From Antedon mediterranea (taxonomy: Eukaryota; Animalia; Echinodermata), in assembly GCF_964355755.1 (NCBI RefSeq), contig NC_092676.1:29778871-29842870 (forward strand): a DNA stretch of 64,000 nt, written 5' to 3'. A model generated the notes under the pieces. It made no database searches and was not told where the DNA came from. It saw only the letters and a program-made list of their open reading frames with translations. Shown here piece after piece: positions 12,966 to 27,902 of the stretch (position 1 is the first letter of the stretch; the number at the start of each line of letters is the position of its first letter). Made by a program: the position numbers and the translations under genes.

Positions 12966-13260
12966 AATGAACGCCGTTGATATCCCTCAACAAAAACAAA
13001 AAGTAAAACTGACGATATCGCTGATGTGATACCATGTAATCGAAAGCTAGGCCGAAATCATCGGTAGTGTCGTCAGCAGGTAATTGTACATTCCAGCGCT
13101 TGTTTTGAAGCAGCGGACCAGTGGCTTACTGCTGGCACACGACTAAACACATACGGGCCAATCGCCGTTGAGTCGTCGTGGTTAGCGATTCGTGTGGCAT
13201 GCGACGCCACAGCATGTGTTACGAATTTATGACATCAGTCCTGCACTGTGGAAAGTAACA
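12966..13260 (-). promoter_or_regulatory. Probable 5'UTR/promoter region of the glutamate receptor-like gene
   Basis: Locally GC/CpG-rich segment immediately upstream of the ATG exon. Confidence 0.4.
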
Positions 13261-15952
13261 AACATTAAGTATAAACAGTAATGACGGGGTGACATTTTTG
13301 GTGACATTGTTGGTGACAACAGCGAATGTGACACATTAATACATACAAGCACTTTAGATTGCATCAGTTATTAAATCTTATCAAATATTACTGGAATCTA
13401 GAATTATTTATTTTATTCATTATCCGCAATTAATTAGTTCACAAATAGGTTCTTAAACGAGGCTATTATAATCGATAAATGCAAATGCAAACAATCATAT
13501 TAATAGTTTTAATTGTAATTTAAAAGGACGAATAACGGGGCAGGTTATTATTAACCCTCTAATATTAACCACACTAAAAATATTTGATCAAAATCTATTT
13601 AAGATTATAAGATAATTATGTTTAGGCGGTGTTATTGACGGTGACTTATGGTTCCACTAATGCCCAGGCCTACATGTTAGGACAAAATCTGTAGCATGTA
13701 ACACACCAAATGATGTAATTACGTCATTATGATGAATTAGATTAGATAATGTAAACATGTAAAAATCATGATGAATGAAACAATGCTAATTAGGATGAAA
13801 TAAAAGTTGGAAAACCACAAAAGACAACAAAAAAACAAATCTGCGTAACCAGGGAAAAGTGAATTCTGGTAAAACCTGCCGCTTTCTATTATAATGGCCT
13901 TATTCTATGCAAGCATAATTATTGTTTTCAATATTCATAACTTTCCTACCCGCATAATATACAATGTTAAATAGGTTTTATCTATATTATTGTTTAGCTA
14001 TTGAAACGACTTTATACATAACTTAATAACTCAATGTTATTAAATGATAATAATCATAAATAAACACCATTGATTTAGGATTGTCTGTCGAGTAAATTAA
14101 ACATCATAGAGATACTATCTCCTCTCATAATATGATGACACCGTTGCCGTTGGGTATGTCGTCATTTTAGAACACACACGGTCATGTGATCCTATATATT
14201 ATATTTCGCTAGGCACTACACAACAATAATAATAATATCATATATGATATCTGCATTATTCTAACAATAAATACAAAACGTGTTTAGTTAATATGTCATA
14301 GCTTATTACGCCTTTCAAATACGTTTCGACAAAACGCGTTTTTCATTTTCAACACCGGACTGCTCGAATATATTTGATCGTTGATTTACAAGTTCAAAAT
14401 AGCATAACTGGTTGGAAGTTTAATTTAACAGGAAAGACAGTTCTAATATTTAACGACTATACGTCACTTCTGATGGACGAGGTAATCAGATAATCAATAT
14501 AAGGGAGTTGAATAGTATCCGAAATGGAAGAAGCCTTAGGAATCAAGATGGATCACCGATCGCTTTTCCCCTCTCATCAAAACCTCTTGGCCTACTACCT
14601 CTCAATGCATTAATACATTTAACTAAGGATAAGGTTTATCAATCAGCAGACAAAAACTATATCAACAAAATGTCAATAAAGTTCTTCATCATGGCAAACT
14701 TTGTGGCGACATTTGGATTCGGGAGAGCCAAATGATGATCGATTTGTTATCTTTAAAACAGTATCTGTCAAAGAACTTATTCACTAAAAGAAACCCGGTT
14801 CATTAAGTCTAATGTGATCAGTAATTAATTAGCTCGAAGCAGCCTGAAACCCATCTTTGGCCAAGAGTCGTGCTTGAAACTGAATAGTGTGTCCGATACT
14901 ATACCCATAATTAATGATGCCAAATTTCACAGAGGACAAGCGAGGTTAATACAATTAATTCTATTCAAACATTATCTACAGAAAATGGTCACAATAACAT
15001 TCATTCTGAAAATTGATGATAAAATTTCGAAGCGGAGAATACTTCAAGAAACTGAACGTACACAAATCATTTCATAATCTCGTTTAGTAACTTTAATCAC
15101 CGTCTTTGGAAAGCAATGTTCTCTAAATTCTGTCTAAAAAACGTTCAAATATCTAAATTTATATGTAATGCCTTTTAGCACAATTGTACGGTTGGACATT
15201 GATGATAAAACATATTCATTCTAATACTTCAGTTGATAGAGGGCGTCCTACACTTTTAAAAGTTTTTTTTGTGCATCTTCCTCCTAGATAGCCAACGATG
15301 GCCAAGCAGGATAAGCCTTAATAATAATGTACATGATAGACTTGATTGAAAATTAACAAAATTCTGTGTTAATATTGGAAACTTTAAGTTAGCTTTGGTT
15401 TTATTAACTCGAGCGTAAACATGTAATCTACGTTATACATACATACTGTTTTTCGTTAAATGGTTAGTTAATTTATTGTTCTTGATATATTGATTAAAAC
15501 AATTTATTCGCTAATTATTATACACTAAAAATTAACAGTTATTTAAAAATCACACCATAATTCGTATTTCTGGTTCATGTTGCAAGCACCAGTACATTGT
15601 GGTATATCATACAAGCTCATAGTCCTGCACAGCATAACAGCAGTACTTACAGCCAGTCCATGGCCAAGAAAATACCTGGCATTCACTCTTAACCATATAT
15701 CAGCTATTACTAGCATAAGTACCACTGATAAAACTAAGTAATAAAACACAGTGATACCGTAGTTTGTCGGTATTCGATTGATGCGCCATACTTATATGCG
15801 CTACTTAGAATAAACACTACTTTAGTTTTACGCTTTAAACTTTTGATTCGCAAATAATGCTTTAATATACTAATAAAAGCGATATTTATAACACCAATAT
15901 ATCTCTTTTCAAAATCATAAAAAATAATGTTAAGTATAAAAAAATTAGTCTA

Positions 15953-16086
15953 AATCTTGGTTTTCACTAGAGACGTCACGCAACGACGTGAACTCAACGC
16001 ATGAATTATCCTAACTGTCGCTTTTCATTGGTCAACTCGCTTGCGTTTGCGTCCTTGCGTTGCGTCTCTTTAGGGGGAACAAAGCT
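15953..16086. mobile_element. MITE family B
   Basis: Both arms, internally deleted. Confidence 0.7.
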
Positions 16087-18239
16087 TAAGCGGTCAAAAC
16101 TCTGTTCTAAATCCACAATCTTTTCTTTTATTTATTTTTTAATATCGACATTTAGCAGCCTCTTCACACGTCTGACCATTGATTTATATCTTACAAACGG
16201 AAACATTTGTTTTCAAGTGTTCCTAAGACGAACAATCTTACCGTCTGCAAAAAAACACCATATTAATAGATTGAAATAGTCGACACATGATTTATATCGT
16301 ATATCCGACAAAAAAAATCACACGTAGGTTAATTTAAACGTGTCATATAATAGTATTAAGACTGTGAACTTCTTTGGCTATTGAAATAGACAGAAGCAGA
16401 CTGTAGTTGAAAAAATGACAATGGTTTAACATTGGTTCTCACTTGGAGGTAACAAAACGACGTAGACACATCTTAAGTGAGTTGACCATTCCCAAGTGAC
16501 ATTTCGGAGGATCCATCGCGTCCTGATTGGTTGAATTAATTGCGGCGCGCTTACGTAGGAACAAAGCTTTAAACGGCGCGAAAATAATAAACGTATAGAT
16601 TGATTGATTGATTGATTGAAGAAGCTGATGCAGACAGTACGAAAATATCAACGTTCAAAGTTTGTTGTAGAAATAGAGAAAATGCCACGACGACAATTTA
16701 CTATTAAAATATTGATTTATTGTCTGATGTTCTAATCGCTATTAACTGTAGCATACCTCATGACAAATTAGGTCTTGTTGCAATAACAAAAAATAATTTA
16801 AAACAAGTCAACGGAAAATTAAAATTGTACCAAGACATGTACATATGTTCTAACTGTTATAGAAATTCTGATTGTTAAAACTCTTGCAATGTCTTCATCA
16901 CATTCGCAGGTTTTGCGATATTGTTACTAAATAGGCCTAATTATAAATATTTAATATGTGTTTTGTATTCACAATGCGTCTGATCAATATTTCTCACGTT
17001 TTAACCATTATTATGATCTTAGTGCATGTATATGTATAGAAAAGTGATTTACAGATCAAGAATGGAACTATGCAAGTGTAAACCTTCACAAGTTTCGTTC
17101 TGTCCACAGCATGGAGATTACTTAATTTGACGACGTCATCATCACAGACGCGTGAGTATCGAAGTATGCATTTAAATTACACGAAAACTTTGAAAATATA
17201 TGTGGTTTTCTTCTAAATAAAAGTAATACACGTCATCAAACACGTTTCCATTTACTCATAAGGTTGACTATTATTAACTTCTGGAGCTGAGCTATATATT
17301 ACATTTTGCAGACAAAAAATAATGTAATATGGTACGTTAGATGGCGCACTTCTGGTTATTATATTGTTTTTATTTCATACTAGACTTATACGCATGCGCA
17401 GAATAATAATTCGAATAAATTGCCGTTTCCTTCCGTCTACCATCCCTAAAAACAAAAACTTGCTAATTATTTGTTCATATAACCTAAATATTTAGATTTA
17501 TGACGATGAAACCAGCCCATCAGACCAGACCATACATTTCAAAACTATACTATGAGTCGTAATGGCGGCAGTTCGACTCATTTAACTCAAAGGTTAACTG
17601 TACTTATTTAGTCGAACAACATCGACAGTACATTGAAAACCGTCAGATGTGAATTCAGGCCTGTTTTATTACTTTTTTCTTATGCACGATCGAATTCATT
17701 ATTGCACTAAAAATACATAATGCATTGTTGATGATTTCAAGGTTTTGTGAAAGTTTTAGCCATGTGTTATGTTCAGTTCATTTCACTTTTTTCTTGTTTA
17801 CTATTTTGAAACTTATTTCATATCCGATAGTGTGTTACAATTAGACCTGTTTCAAAGACAATTCTAAGTTATACATTTTTACTAATTGTAAAACAAAAAG
17901 AATGTGTATATTTAAAACCAGCAGCATAGTGTCAAATCGACGGCGGTATGAAGAACATTATTATACAGTACATTGACTATTTGTGATTTATATTATGAAG
18001 ATATTTTTAGTGGAATACATTTGGGAATCGCCCAAACATAAACTAATAAATGAAAGAACCAATATAATGTTGTGGAGATAGCAACTAAAACCAATAGTAT
18101 TCATGCAATTAAACTGAAATAATTGGAAACTAATGAATTCTTACCTCAAGAATCTTACACATTTTTTTTTTATCTTGTAAATTTAACGAGTACTGCATTA
18201 TTAGCTAAAGTTCATTCATTGGAAACCATTCTCAAACTA

Positions 18240-18458
18240 TTTTACTTTCCTGGATATGAATGAAATAACTAAAAACATTTTGCGACCCTGTGATCTATAC
18301 ACTGCTCACATCTCTAAGATGTATGTTTACAATTTTAGTCGATAACTAGTTTTACTCTCCTGGATATGAATAAAATAACTAAAAACATTTGACTATGGTC
18401 TATACACTGCTCACATCTCTAAGATGTATGTTTACAAAGTTAGTCGATTACTATTTTT
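18240..18458. repeat. About 110-bp tandem duplication
   Basis: cctggatatgaat.aaataactaaaaacattt twice. Confidence 0.85.
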
Positions 18459-20380
18459 AGCAAGCAATGTGTGACAATGTCTTACCTTATAATCCGAAAT
18501 GACATATTAGATAGTAAATCCTAAAATATACGACCTGTCATAAGCAAAGTGTTAAATTTTACCCTTAAAGGTTGATCAGTAAATGAATATTTAAAGAGCA
18601 GTCTATCTATCAAAAATGCTAAGCTTGGGTCATAATATAACAATATCAATGCATGGTACAATGGGTTTTTTTCAACAGAAAGAGAAACAACAATATTATC
18701 GCAAGAGAGACATAATTTTACGCGTGCGTTTCAACAGCGTTTGGACGCGCGCGTCAAATCGTTGTTCAAAATGGTCTGTATGATCAAACACAACAACTAG
18801 GCCTATAGATATATCTGGACAATGTTGAATGTGATGACGTTATATAACAACTTCAACGTTTTTCCCCAAATTCATAATAATCATTATGATACTGTAAACT
18901 CTTTTGAATTGCTACATAACATTACATGACGTTGAATGCAGCCGGAATACTGAAACTCAAGTACTGTACTGTATTACTGAAATGAGCACTAGTTGGATCA
19001 AATTTCATATTATGAGTGAATCAGATTTAGTCACATAATGCAATTGATGGAAGTTAATTAACGAACAACAAAATGACCTAAATAATCTTAAATTACCACC
19101 TGCACCCTTGAACATTTCACAGAAACACAAAAATGAAATAAATTAAAAAGCCACATTGAGCCCCTTTTACAAATTCTGTGAAAACAGTGGAGGCGTTCCA
19201 GTCTGAAGGATATAGTCGAACGAAGTTTGATACCTACGCATCAACAATTCCACACCTACAACTGATGTAAACTTATAGCAAAGGCAAATATATTTTTTTT
19301 AAACAAAAAAACACCATTAAATAAAGACTAAAGTAAATAGTTAGGCCTACTTTTAATTACAACGCATTCAGTTTGATTCCGATGTCAATTTTGAGAAAGA
19401 CCAACACGAAGTGAATACCGCGCGTGATACGCACGATGGAACGCACTATACTGTACGCACATGTACCACGTCATACATGGCAACCGTAACGCAACTCTTG
19501 CCCAGTTGGCTCAGCCGATAGCTCTAGTGTGCGCCGCCGAGCTTAAACGCAACAACCACTTCATACCAAAATCAAATTTGCGTTCGAGCATTCCTTCGTG
19601 TGATACATTATAATTATCAAACATGATTTTTTTTCTACCGAATGTCCTAAACATAATTGGCAACGGAAATATCTTAATTTACCATCGCATATTGATTTGT
19701 TGTTTTTATTATTTCATAGAAAGAAATAAAGCACTTATGCAAATTGTTAGAAAATGAACTTTAATACTTACAACAGAGTCACGTTCCACGAGAAGGAATA
19801 CTTGATATCTGACAGATAATATGCTGTGACGTAATATCGTCTCTTCTCTTTCAAAACATTATATATGCGAATATAATGTGTAAGAGAAATTATACAGATA
19901 AAATGTTTACGCATAAAAAAGAGAGGCAGCAGCTGTATCATCTATATATCGTTTATTTCACATTTCTAATTTCACTAAAACGTGCATCAGAATGCATTGA
20001 ACTGATCGGTTTTACAGGCCTACGCGTATATAATATAGACCTACAGGTTTCTGTATGAATATGGCATTTTCAGTTACAAACTATTTACAAATTTAAAGGA
20101 TAATATGTCCAGGCAGGTGAATTGGACGAACTGAAGTATGGACGAATATAATACTATAATTTGTGTGCCAACAATAGGTCTATAAACAATTTCCACAAAG
20201 GGCCTGTGGCCGAAATGTTGCTATACGACATTAATTTAGTTAAAACAGAGGGTATCAGTTTGTAATGTTTCAGTTTCTTGTTATTTGTCTCATTATGACT
20301 TGACTCTAACCCGAATTTACTGAATTTTACATTCGTCAAATAAACTTGCACACATTCATACGCGTCCAATATACACATAC

Positions 20381-21190
20381 TCGTTTCTGCTGCAACTGCT
20401 TAAAATACGGTATAAAAATACGGTATAAAATACGGTATTTTTTATACCGTATTTTTTAGTACCCCGTTTCTGCTAACAATACTTCTTGGGTGGTCGTGTT
20501 AAATTTCATCTTTTTTACCCAAATTGCCATTCATTTATTTGATCGATAATTAAAAGTCGCAATAAAGGAAGTTTTACGTCTCACTTTCAACAGCCTAGCC
20601 CTAGTGATAGAGATGTTGTGAGAGCACAGAAAACATCGTAATGGGGACAATTAATTCGTTCCCTCCCCGAGTTATTGTATTTTGCAATGTTGTACTGCTT
20701 TCGCAGGCTCTTCAGCTTTGAGTTTACTTGCTTTGGAGACCAGTCTATTCCATACTCCTGCTTTATTTTTTTAGAAATGTCTTTATAAATGTGGTTGTCC
20801 CTTTTATTACCTTTTAGTTGGCCAGACATTTTAGCTTCCACACACACATTTATTTAGTAAAACTGTGACGTCTTCGCTCCACATTTTCGCCGAATATATC
20901 TATACACGTGTGTACAGTGACAGAAAATAAAAACACGAATGTTGACCTTTTGTCATGTAAAAAAAAAATACGGTATTTTTTATTGGCAGCAGAAACGGGT
21001 ACAAAAAATACGGTATAAATTTGTAAATACCGTATTTTATCCACAAATTTTGTGGGGAAAATACGGTATACAAAATACGGTATATTTTTTATGAGCGCAG
21101 TTTCTGCTGCCAAAAATATACCGTATATATACGGTATTCAAAAAATACCGTATAATATACGGTATTTAGTTGGCAGCAGAAACAGGGCCT
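20381..21190 (-). mobile_element. Non-autonomous PIF/Harbinger-like DNA transposon with many AAAATACGGTAT subterminal repeats
   Basis: Right end ggcagcagaaacagggcct|tta, truncated left end gtttctgctgcaac, inverted subterminal repeats, internal Myb/SANT remnant. Confidence 0.75.
20587..20884 (-). pseudogene. Frameshifted Myb/SANT-like (trihelix) DNA-binding domain of a Harbinger-type element
   Basis: MWSEDVTVLLN / frameshift / ...IYKDISKKIKQEYGIDWSPKQVNSKLKSLRKQY...SGRERINCPHYD. Confidence 0.75.
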
Positions 21191-21518
21191 TTAGACACAT
21201 ACTCGTCCATTAGACACATACTCGTCCAATAGACACATACTCGTCCATTAGACACATACTCGTCCAATAGACACTCATCTATAACTGACCGTATGGACAT
21301 TTGACAACGTCCCTGGACAAACATGACATAATATTGAAGTGTTAAATCATGTTCGAGTCTATTTTAACGAATGTTGAACAGTGTGCATACTAATGTACCT
21401 GGTAAGGGTTAGCTTACATACTTTATGTGGTTTACTAATCTTGGTACAACTGGGTTCCTATAGATTATTGCATTCCATGATTGGTATAATGGTTTTACAA
21501 TTTATAATGGATAAAAGA

Positions 21519-21930
21519 AAATGACAATACTGTGGGTATCAGTGGCTGAATCTCAATGGAGATACAAAATAAAATAAGCAATGAAAAATGACAATGGTAT
21601 GGGTATCAGTGTCTGGATCTCAATGGAGATACAAAATAAAATAAGCAATGAAAAAATGACAATTCTGTGAGTATCGGTGGCTGAATCTCAGCAAAAAAGC
21701 TAAATCAAAAAAACAAAAACAGCTAGAAAGAAGAAGAAGAAATGCAGAGCTAACCCTTCCTCGGTGCAAGTAAGGAGCAAGTTGAAGATAAGGCAGAAAG
21801 AAGAAGAAGAAATGCAGAGCTAACCCTTCCTCGGTGCAAGTAAGGAGCAAGTTGAAGATAAGGCAGAAAGAAGAAGAAGAAATGCAGAGCTAACCCTTCC
21901 TCAGTGCAAGTAAGGAGCAAGTTGAAGGCA
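21519..21930 (-). mobile_element. Rearranged, tandemly amplified Penelope-like pLTR remnant (same family as 2980-3120)
   Basis: Three copies of aaatgacaat..gtatcagtggctg.atctcaatggag and three roughly 70-bp units containing an internally deleted hammerhead (tgca-cYgagga-agggttag-ctc-tgca). Confidence 0.55.
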
Positions 21931-22485
21931 GATAAAATTGGTACATAAGGCAGACATGAGTTGCATGATGGGATTAGAATAAAAGTAAATATAAAAATGG
22001 AGACTGACAAATAGAGGATGATAAGGAAAAAGTGTGTAAACAAAAATTCATGATTTTTTGAAAGATTGTCGAAATCGACCCATTACAACTTTAAAAATTA
22101 GCATCACTAAGTTTAATATAATAATAAACTCAGAACAAAGAGACAAAAGCTATTATGATACAATATAGGGCCTATAGTTCAAAATATTGAATCATAATAA
22201 TGATATTTTTCGGAATTTTATTTATATCTTCAACAGTATTTCATTTGGGAGAAAGAGAACTTCTTCAAGAAATTGTCAAAATCCAATTTTCATTTACTAA
22301 AATAAAGAGAAGCAAAATGAGAGTAACTGTTTATACAGTATTATCTTTGAGTATCTTTGTTTTCTAAATGTATTCATGATACATTATCATTATACGACAC
22401 AAAACGTCATAAATGTACAATAATTCAAAATAGCTGACCAACACGATTCAACGAATAACGACCTCATTACTCAGTACAGCTCTAA

Positions 22486-22585
22486 AGCTCTGTCTACACT
22501 ATCAAAACGTATGTGATGTGCCTATAGATAGACATGATGATGTCACATCACTACCATATTTAGGTATATCACTACCATATTTGAT
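22486..22585. mobile_element. MITE family A, partial
   Basis: Left TIR and internal gacatgatgatgtca..cactaccatatt. Confidence 0.7.
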
Positions 22586-22738
22586 GTAAGATTGTAAATA
22601 ATGTTACAACTATGTTACACAGTTTATATTCAAATTAATTTGTTTCTTTATTACTTGTTAGATTTGTTAATATGGCTATGTGGAATGTAGTTTGTAAAAC
22701 TAAATCAGATAGGTGGCCTACATTTGTTTCTACCTTAG

Positions 22739-22885
22739 AGCTTGGGTCTCACGAAGTAACTCAACGATGTTTAGGCAAAACGCAAGTGACCAATCACAAG
22801 CGACAGTTCTCGGATGGCGTTTTGATTGCGCGAACTTGCGTCGCGCTTACGTCACTTGCGTTGCATCCAAATGAGTTTGATACCA
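22739..22885. mobile_element. MITE family B, diverged
   Basis: acgcaagtgaccaatcacaagcgac...cttgcgttgc. Confidence 0.65.
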
Positions 22886-25800
22886 AATTATTCAAAGGTT
22901 ATAAAGGGTATTTTTTGATTTAAAAAAGAATATTAATTTTCTAGGACCAAAGAACCTACGCATTGATGAAAACCACCAAAACTGTGTCGATAAATGTAGT
23001 GAGGAAGCGTGTCACCTTCCACGCATGCGCACAATAAATTAACGTGACATAACTTTCCATTTCGTCGCAAAGTTTCACATTAGAAACGCACAGTGTGTGT
23101 TTCCTATCTACAATTATCAAATACATCTTATTATTTGTATTGAATTGAATACTGAATGTGTTTTTTTGACTAGAAAATATTAAGTGAAGTTAATAAAAAT
23201 GAATGATTGAGTCTAAGTCTATGATAAAGTAATTGATACGAAAGCTGAATGATGTTTAAGCGTTTACGTGTTTCATTATTGAAGTATTATATCGATTGAC
23301 TTAAGTGTTTTCAATTGAGGCTAAAATAGGAAGTTAAGCCTGTAAAATCAAAATGTTAGGTAAGAACATATATATATGGTCAATTGGACTTGAGTTGATG
23401 AAGTATTAGAAAATAAGAAATAAGATAAAGAGTACGATGAAAGACGACACAAGCATATGTATTAGAAGTACAGGTATAGTCTCTATTAGTATATTCTTGT
23501 ATTGTAGGCGTTTTAAGTATTATTTCAGAGAAGTTATTAAAAACATAATTATGTTTGAAATAACGAATTGGTATTTACAATGTTATGCTTAATTGAACAA
23601 AATGATACGCGCACAATTCCTCTTACTAATATATCGATGTAATTTATTATTTAAATGTAGTATTTCAAATAGAAAAGATAATATGCAAATTAAATATATT
23701 TTGTTTGCTAACATTTTCCAACAAATGTCATGAGTGAGAAGAAATAATTATTAATCAAATAATAATCAAATAAATAAAACTATGGGTGAAAATAGTTCAC
23801 CGGTGTCCAATGATGACACCATTATATCAGGCGATAGGTTTACAGTTTAAATAAGATTCTATTATTCCTTTATTATTATATTAGTATAAGAAATTTATAG
23901 TACTAATTAAATACTGTAATCAATACAGTAAAAAATTGACGAAAACAATTAATTAATATTGCTACACAGATATCCGCACATCTACACAAAGTACCGGACT
24001 TGGTAAAATGATCTCTACGGAGTAGATTTAGTTCGTCCATTAGTACTACACCAAACGCTCTATTAATTTGAATGGGATTTATAATTCTGATTGATGTCAC
24101 ACCTGACTTGTATTTGAAAAGAAATTGTGGAATAAACACAAAATAATAATAATAAATCATAAAAATGAGGTGGTTGTTGAAAAATGCTAACTATTTAATA
24201 TTAACCCTACAGAAAATCAAAAGTCGGTACATACATGAGTGCTGATTAATATTCAAGCAGAAAATGGAAACAAATCCTGGAAAATGTTTGAATGACGAAA
24301 AAGAAGAGGCGAGAGTAATAATGTATACATTTAAAATAGACAATATAGTGAGCATTATTTAAGTTATATTTAGAAAAACCTGTCAAAAACTTGTCATTAG
24401 TACTGCGAGCATTTTATATATATAATATCGACCTAAATTAACGAAGTATCCAAATACGTCTCACATTTTATAATAACTGTAGCATATTTAATAGTATGTT
24501 TGTATGCATGCACAATCCGATACATTCTTACAACTAGCAATGTTTCCATATACAATTCAGTATATGACAACTAGAAATTGCTTTGACGCTGTGCACGCTA
24601 CTAAATTATGATGACAAAAGTATGCCAAATCTAAAGCTTACTAACCCATTGTCTTACCAGAATTCCAAGAAAACGTTATCATTTAATCGGTTCCTGCATT
24701 CACCTGACAAAATAACTCATTTTATTCCGTCAACAGATAATATTTGGAACAAAAAAAATCCCCTGTTAAGAAACTGTCAAACGTGAAAAAAGACGTGCAG
24801 CGTGTTATGATATTCCCCTATGCGTATATTGCATCTGATCTTCACTACGGTACGGTTGCTGCTGCTACTACGAGTCCTGCTAAAATGATGACGGTGTCAA
24901 ATCTAATTTATAAGCAGTTAAAGCATCTCGGGACTTAGCGCAATCAGCCTATGCTGCTAAATATTTATTGTAGTTTTTCTTCTTCGTTCGGATTCACTCG
25001 GTCATCTATACTCAAGATAATGTCGAAAGGCATTTGGTTTACTTTCTTTAAGGTCATAAGAAGCATCTCTAAACTACTCAGTTATTCCCAGACGTGATTA
25101 AACAATTAATAATATTGTTTGAGCGTAGTCGAGTTCCATCGACGATGGTCTGGAGAAAATAATTCAACGAATCGTCAGCTCAAAACACACGCGCGCGTTT
25201 GGAATTACGTCATATAAAACGCGCACAAAATGTTATACTGTACTGTGATTCGTTAGTGACGAGCGCGGGTTTAAACATTGATACAATACTACGGCATTTG
25301 TACGCACGCGTGGTTAAATCCTCTGTAGGTCCCCAATCTACAATATGAAATAGAATACTTTCTATTTTGAATTGGCTTTTGCAATTAAGCATACCTATCA
25401 TTAATTTTTCAACATTACATCTGATGGAATTTTAAATACATATATAAAACATATTGTTTATTTCACTTATACAATACATCAGTAAAAATAATTTCGTATT
25501 CAATTTATATGTATTTTAATATAAATACAGAAATACTTTCTCTATTCGTATAAAATAAATTGTAAATCAAGTAGTGTCACTGTCAAACTTGTCACATTAT
25601 TGAGATCAACAGAAGCGCTCGCTACTGGCACGTTTATGTGATAGATCTATATTTTAAGTCTAATAAATTTATACATTACGTTACAATTACAGAAAGCGGC
25701 TGTTTCAGAGACTAATACATAATAACTTGTTTGTTTATCATTCGGTGTACACCTTTCGTTTCGATCAACATCGACCAATGTTTTATGGCTCTAATTGTTC

Positions 25801-26483
25801 TTTTACTCGTGTGAAGTAAATTTCTACAATGGACCTCCCTCTCCACACAATGCCCTATTATTAAGACAGTCCTGTTAGTGGTTAAGTAACTACATTCTCT
25901 AAAAGAAGTCAAATGTATGTAACTAAAGGAAGAGCAGTATATCCTACAAAACGGTGTTGGGCGGTATGGAACGCCTCCTCTGCCTTCATAGGGCGGGGTT
26001 TCGTATATACTATAGATTATAAAGCGCTTTTCCAACAAAAAAATGACCAAAGTGCTGTACATGATTAGAGCAGTATACAAAGACAAACAGAACGTATATA
26101 AGCATCTATATATTTCTCTAACCTCTATCCATATCTGTATTGTTGGGAAGAGCTTACTCTCTCCACGTTAATTGTAACATTTGTATTTCAAATATTGGTC
26201 AGGTGAGAAGACTGTTGTTTTAATTTAACTTCAATGCACGTATACTAACATGCAGAATGCTGCCTCAATCACTCCACCGCTGATTAAATCAAAGCGATGA
26301 TTGCCGTGATGTAAACGAAGGCTATTATGAAACAGTTAATTATGAAAAACCATGGTAGTAGGATTATTCTGAAAAGGAAGTTAAGGAAGAAAACAAAATT
26401 ATTGAAGAAACACCAATTGTAACCAAGTTGAAAGGTATGTGGGGGTGCGCACATTCCAATTTGACAAAAAAAAATGTAAAGCT

Positions 26484-26595
26484 AGCTCTTTCTACACAAG
26501 GCAACAAAATACTTTGAAGGGTAGTGATATTCTCAAATATGGTAGTGATATGACATCATCATGTCCATATGGACACATCACATTTGTTGACAGTG
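26484..26595. mobile_element. MITE family A, degenerate
   Basis: Internal aatatggtagtgatatgacatcatcatgtccat. Confidence 0.6.
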
Positions 26596-27751
26596 AATTA
26601 TGTTTTTACAGTAGCTGAAACACACATGCACTTCTAGGTGGACCACCAGTGGTTTAGTTTTTCCAATTTCTACCATCTCCTCCTCGTAAAATTCCACTAT
26701 CTTTTCACTACAAATATACCTCGGATTCCGACGACCGGCACTAATTAAATTCACTAGTGTGGACTTATTAACTTAGTGCATACTAAGTAAATATTACACA
26801 TGCTTAAGTCTGGATACACGGGAATATCTCATTAGACTTTAACGAAGTAAACAATATAAAGTAAATACTAGAGGAAAAACATAGCTGCATAACTGACTAT
26901 TTAGAAATAATTCTGTATAACAGAAATGACAACTCTCTTAAGACGAGATTTCCTCGTATTCAAACCACGATCTGCACACATTAGGTAATAATGATACCAT
27001 TATCATCATCTTTATACGCCATACATCAATCGTTTGCTGAATTTAAATTGATGGCACTTAAAATTATTAGTACGACAATGGGTCTCAAAGTGTCACTTAA
27101 AGAATATTCAAAGACATTATTCAAGATCTGTAAAATATAATTTGTAGTTTACATGTGGAAACACTTAAACCGTAAGATGTACCACCGTAGATAAACTAAA
27201 TATTATGTAAAGCAATTTGATTATTGAAAATTGAAGTGTTTGTAGAAGTAATAATACATTTGGACTTATTAAGCGCAGTGTTTTCAATAAATAAATAAAC
27301 TAAACATATTATATGGAACTAAATGAGCACAAATGACAACTGTAAAACTATTTGATCATTTGAGAATGGAAATTATATTAAGTGTTTGTCGAAGAGATGA
27401 CGTTGACAAGGAGAAAGTTAGTGGACTAATTTGAATTCTACGTCATCAGTTGGACCTATGTCACGCGCTCCAATTCATCCACAATCTACAGATTATCAGC
27501 AGGAATAAACGTAAAGTCTCACAAATCCCCATATGAACCGAATACGTTTTCAAATTCACATATATCTGACTGCTGAGCTGGCGCGCACGGTGTAGCGTGA
27601 CCGATTCAATTTATTCAAAAAGAGAAATTATTACATTTGGAAAAGCATCGAGCATGACAATGGTTGGTGATCGTAAATATAGAAATATAAAGTACACGTT
27701 TGTTTACACTTGCTCGCCCCAAGTCTGTAGTTATTGTCATTTTTAAGGTTA

Positions 27752-27902
27752 AGCTCTGTCTACACTATCACACTTTATGTGACAAAAAATGTGCCCATAT
27801 GAACATGATGATGTCATATCACTATATGTTTGGGCATATCACTACCATATTTGGGCCCATCACATTTTTTATCACACCTAGTTTGATAATGTAAACAGAG
27901 CT
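27752..27902. mobile_element. MITE family A, full
   Basis: Both TIRs, tta flanks. Confidence 0.8.

Noticed and set aside
14440-15160. Possible decayed retroelement or transposase coding fragment
   Set aside because: Composition looks coding-like but no recognisable motif could be read in any frame
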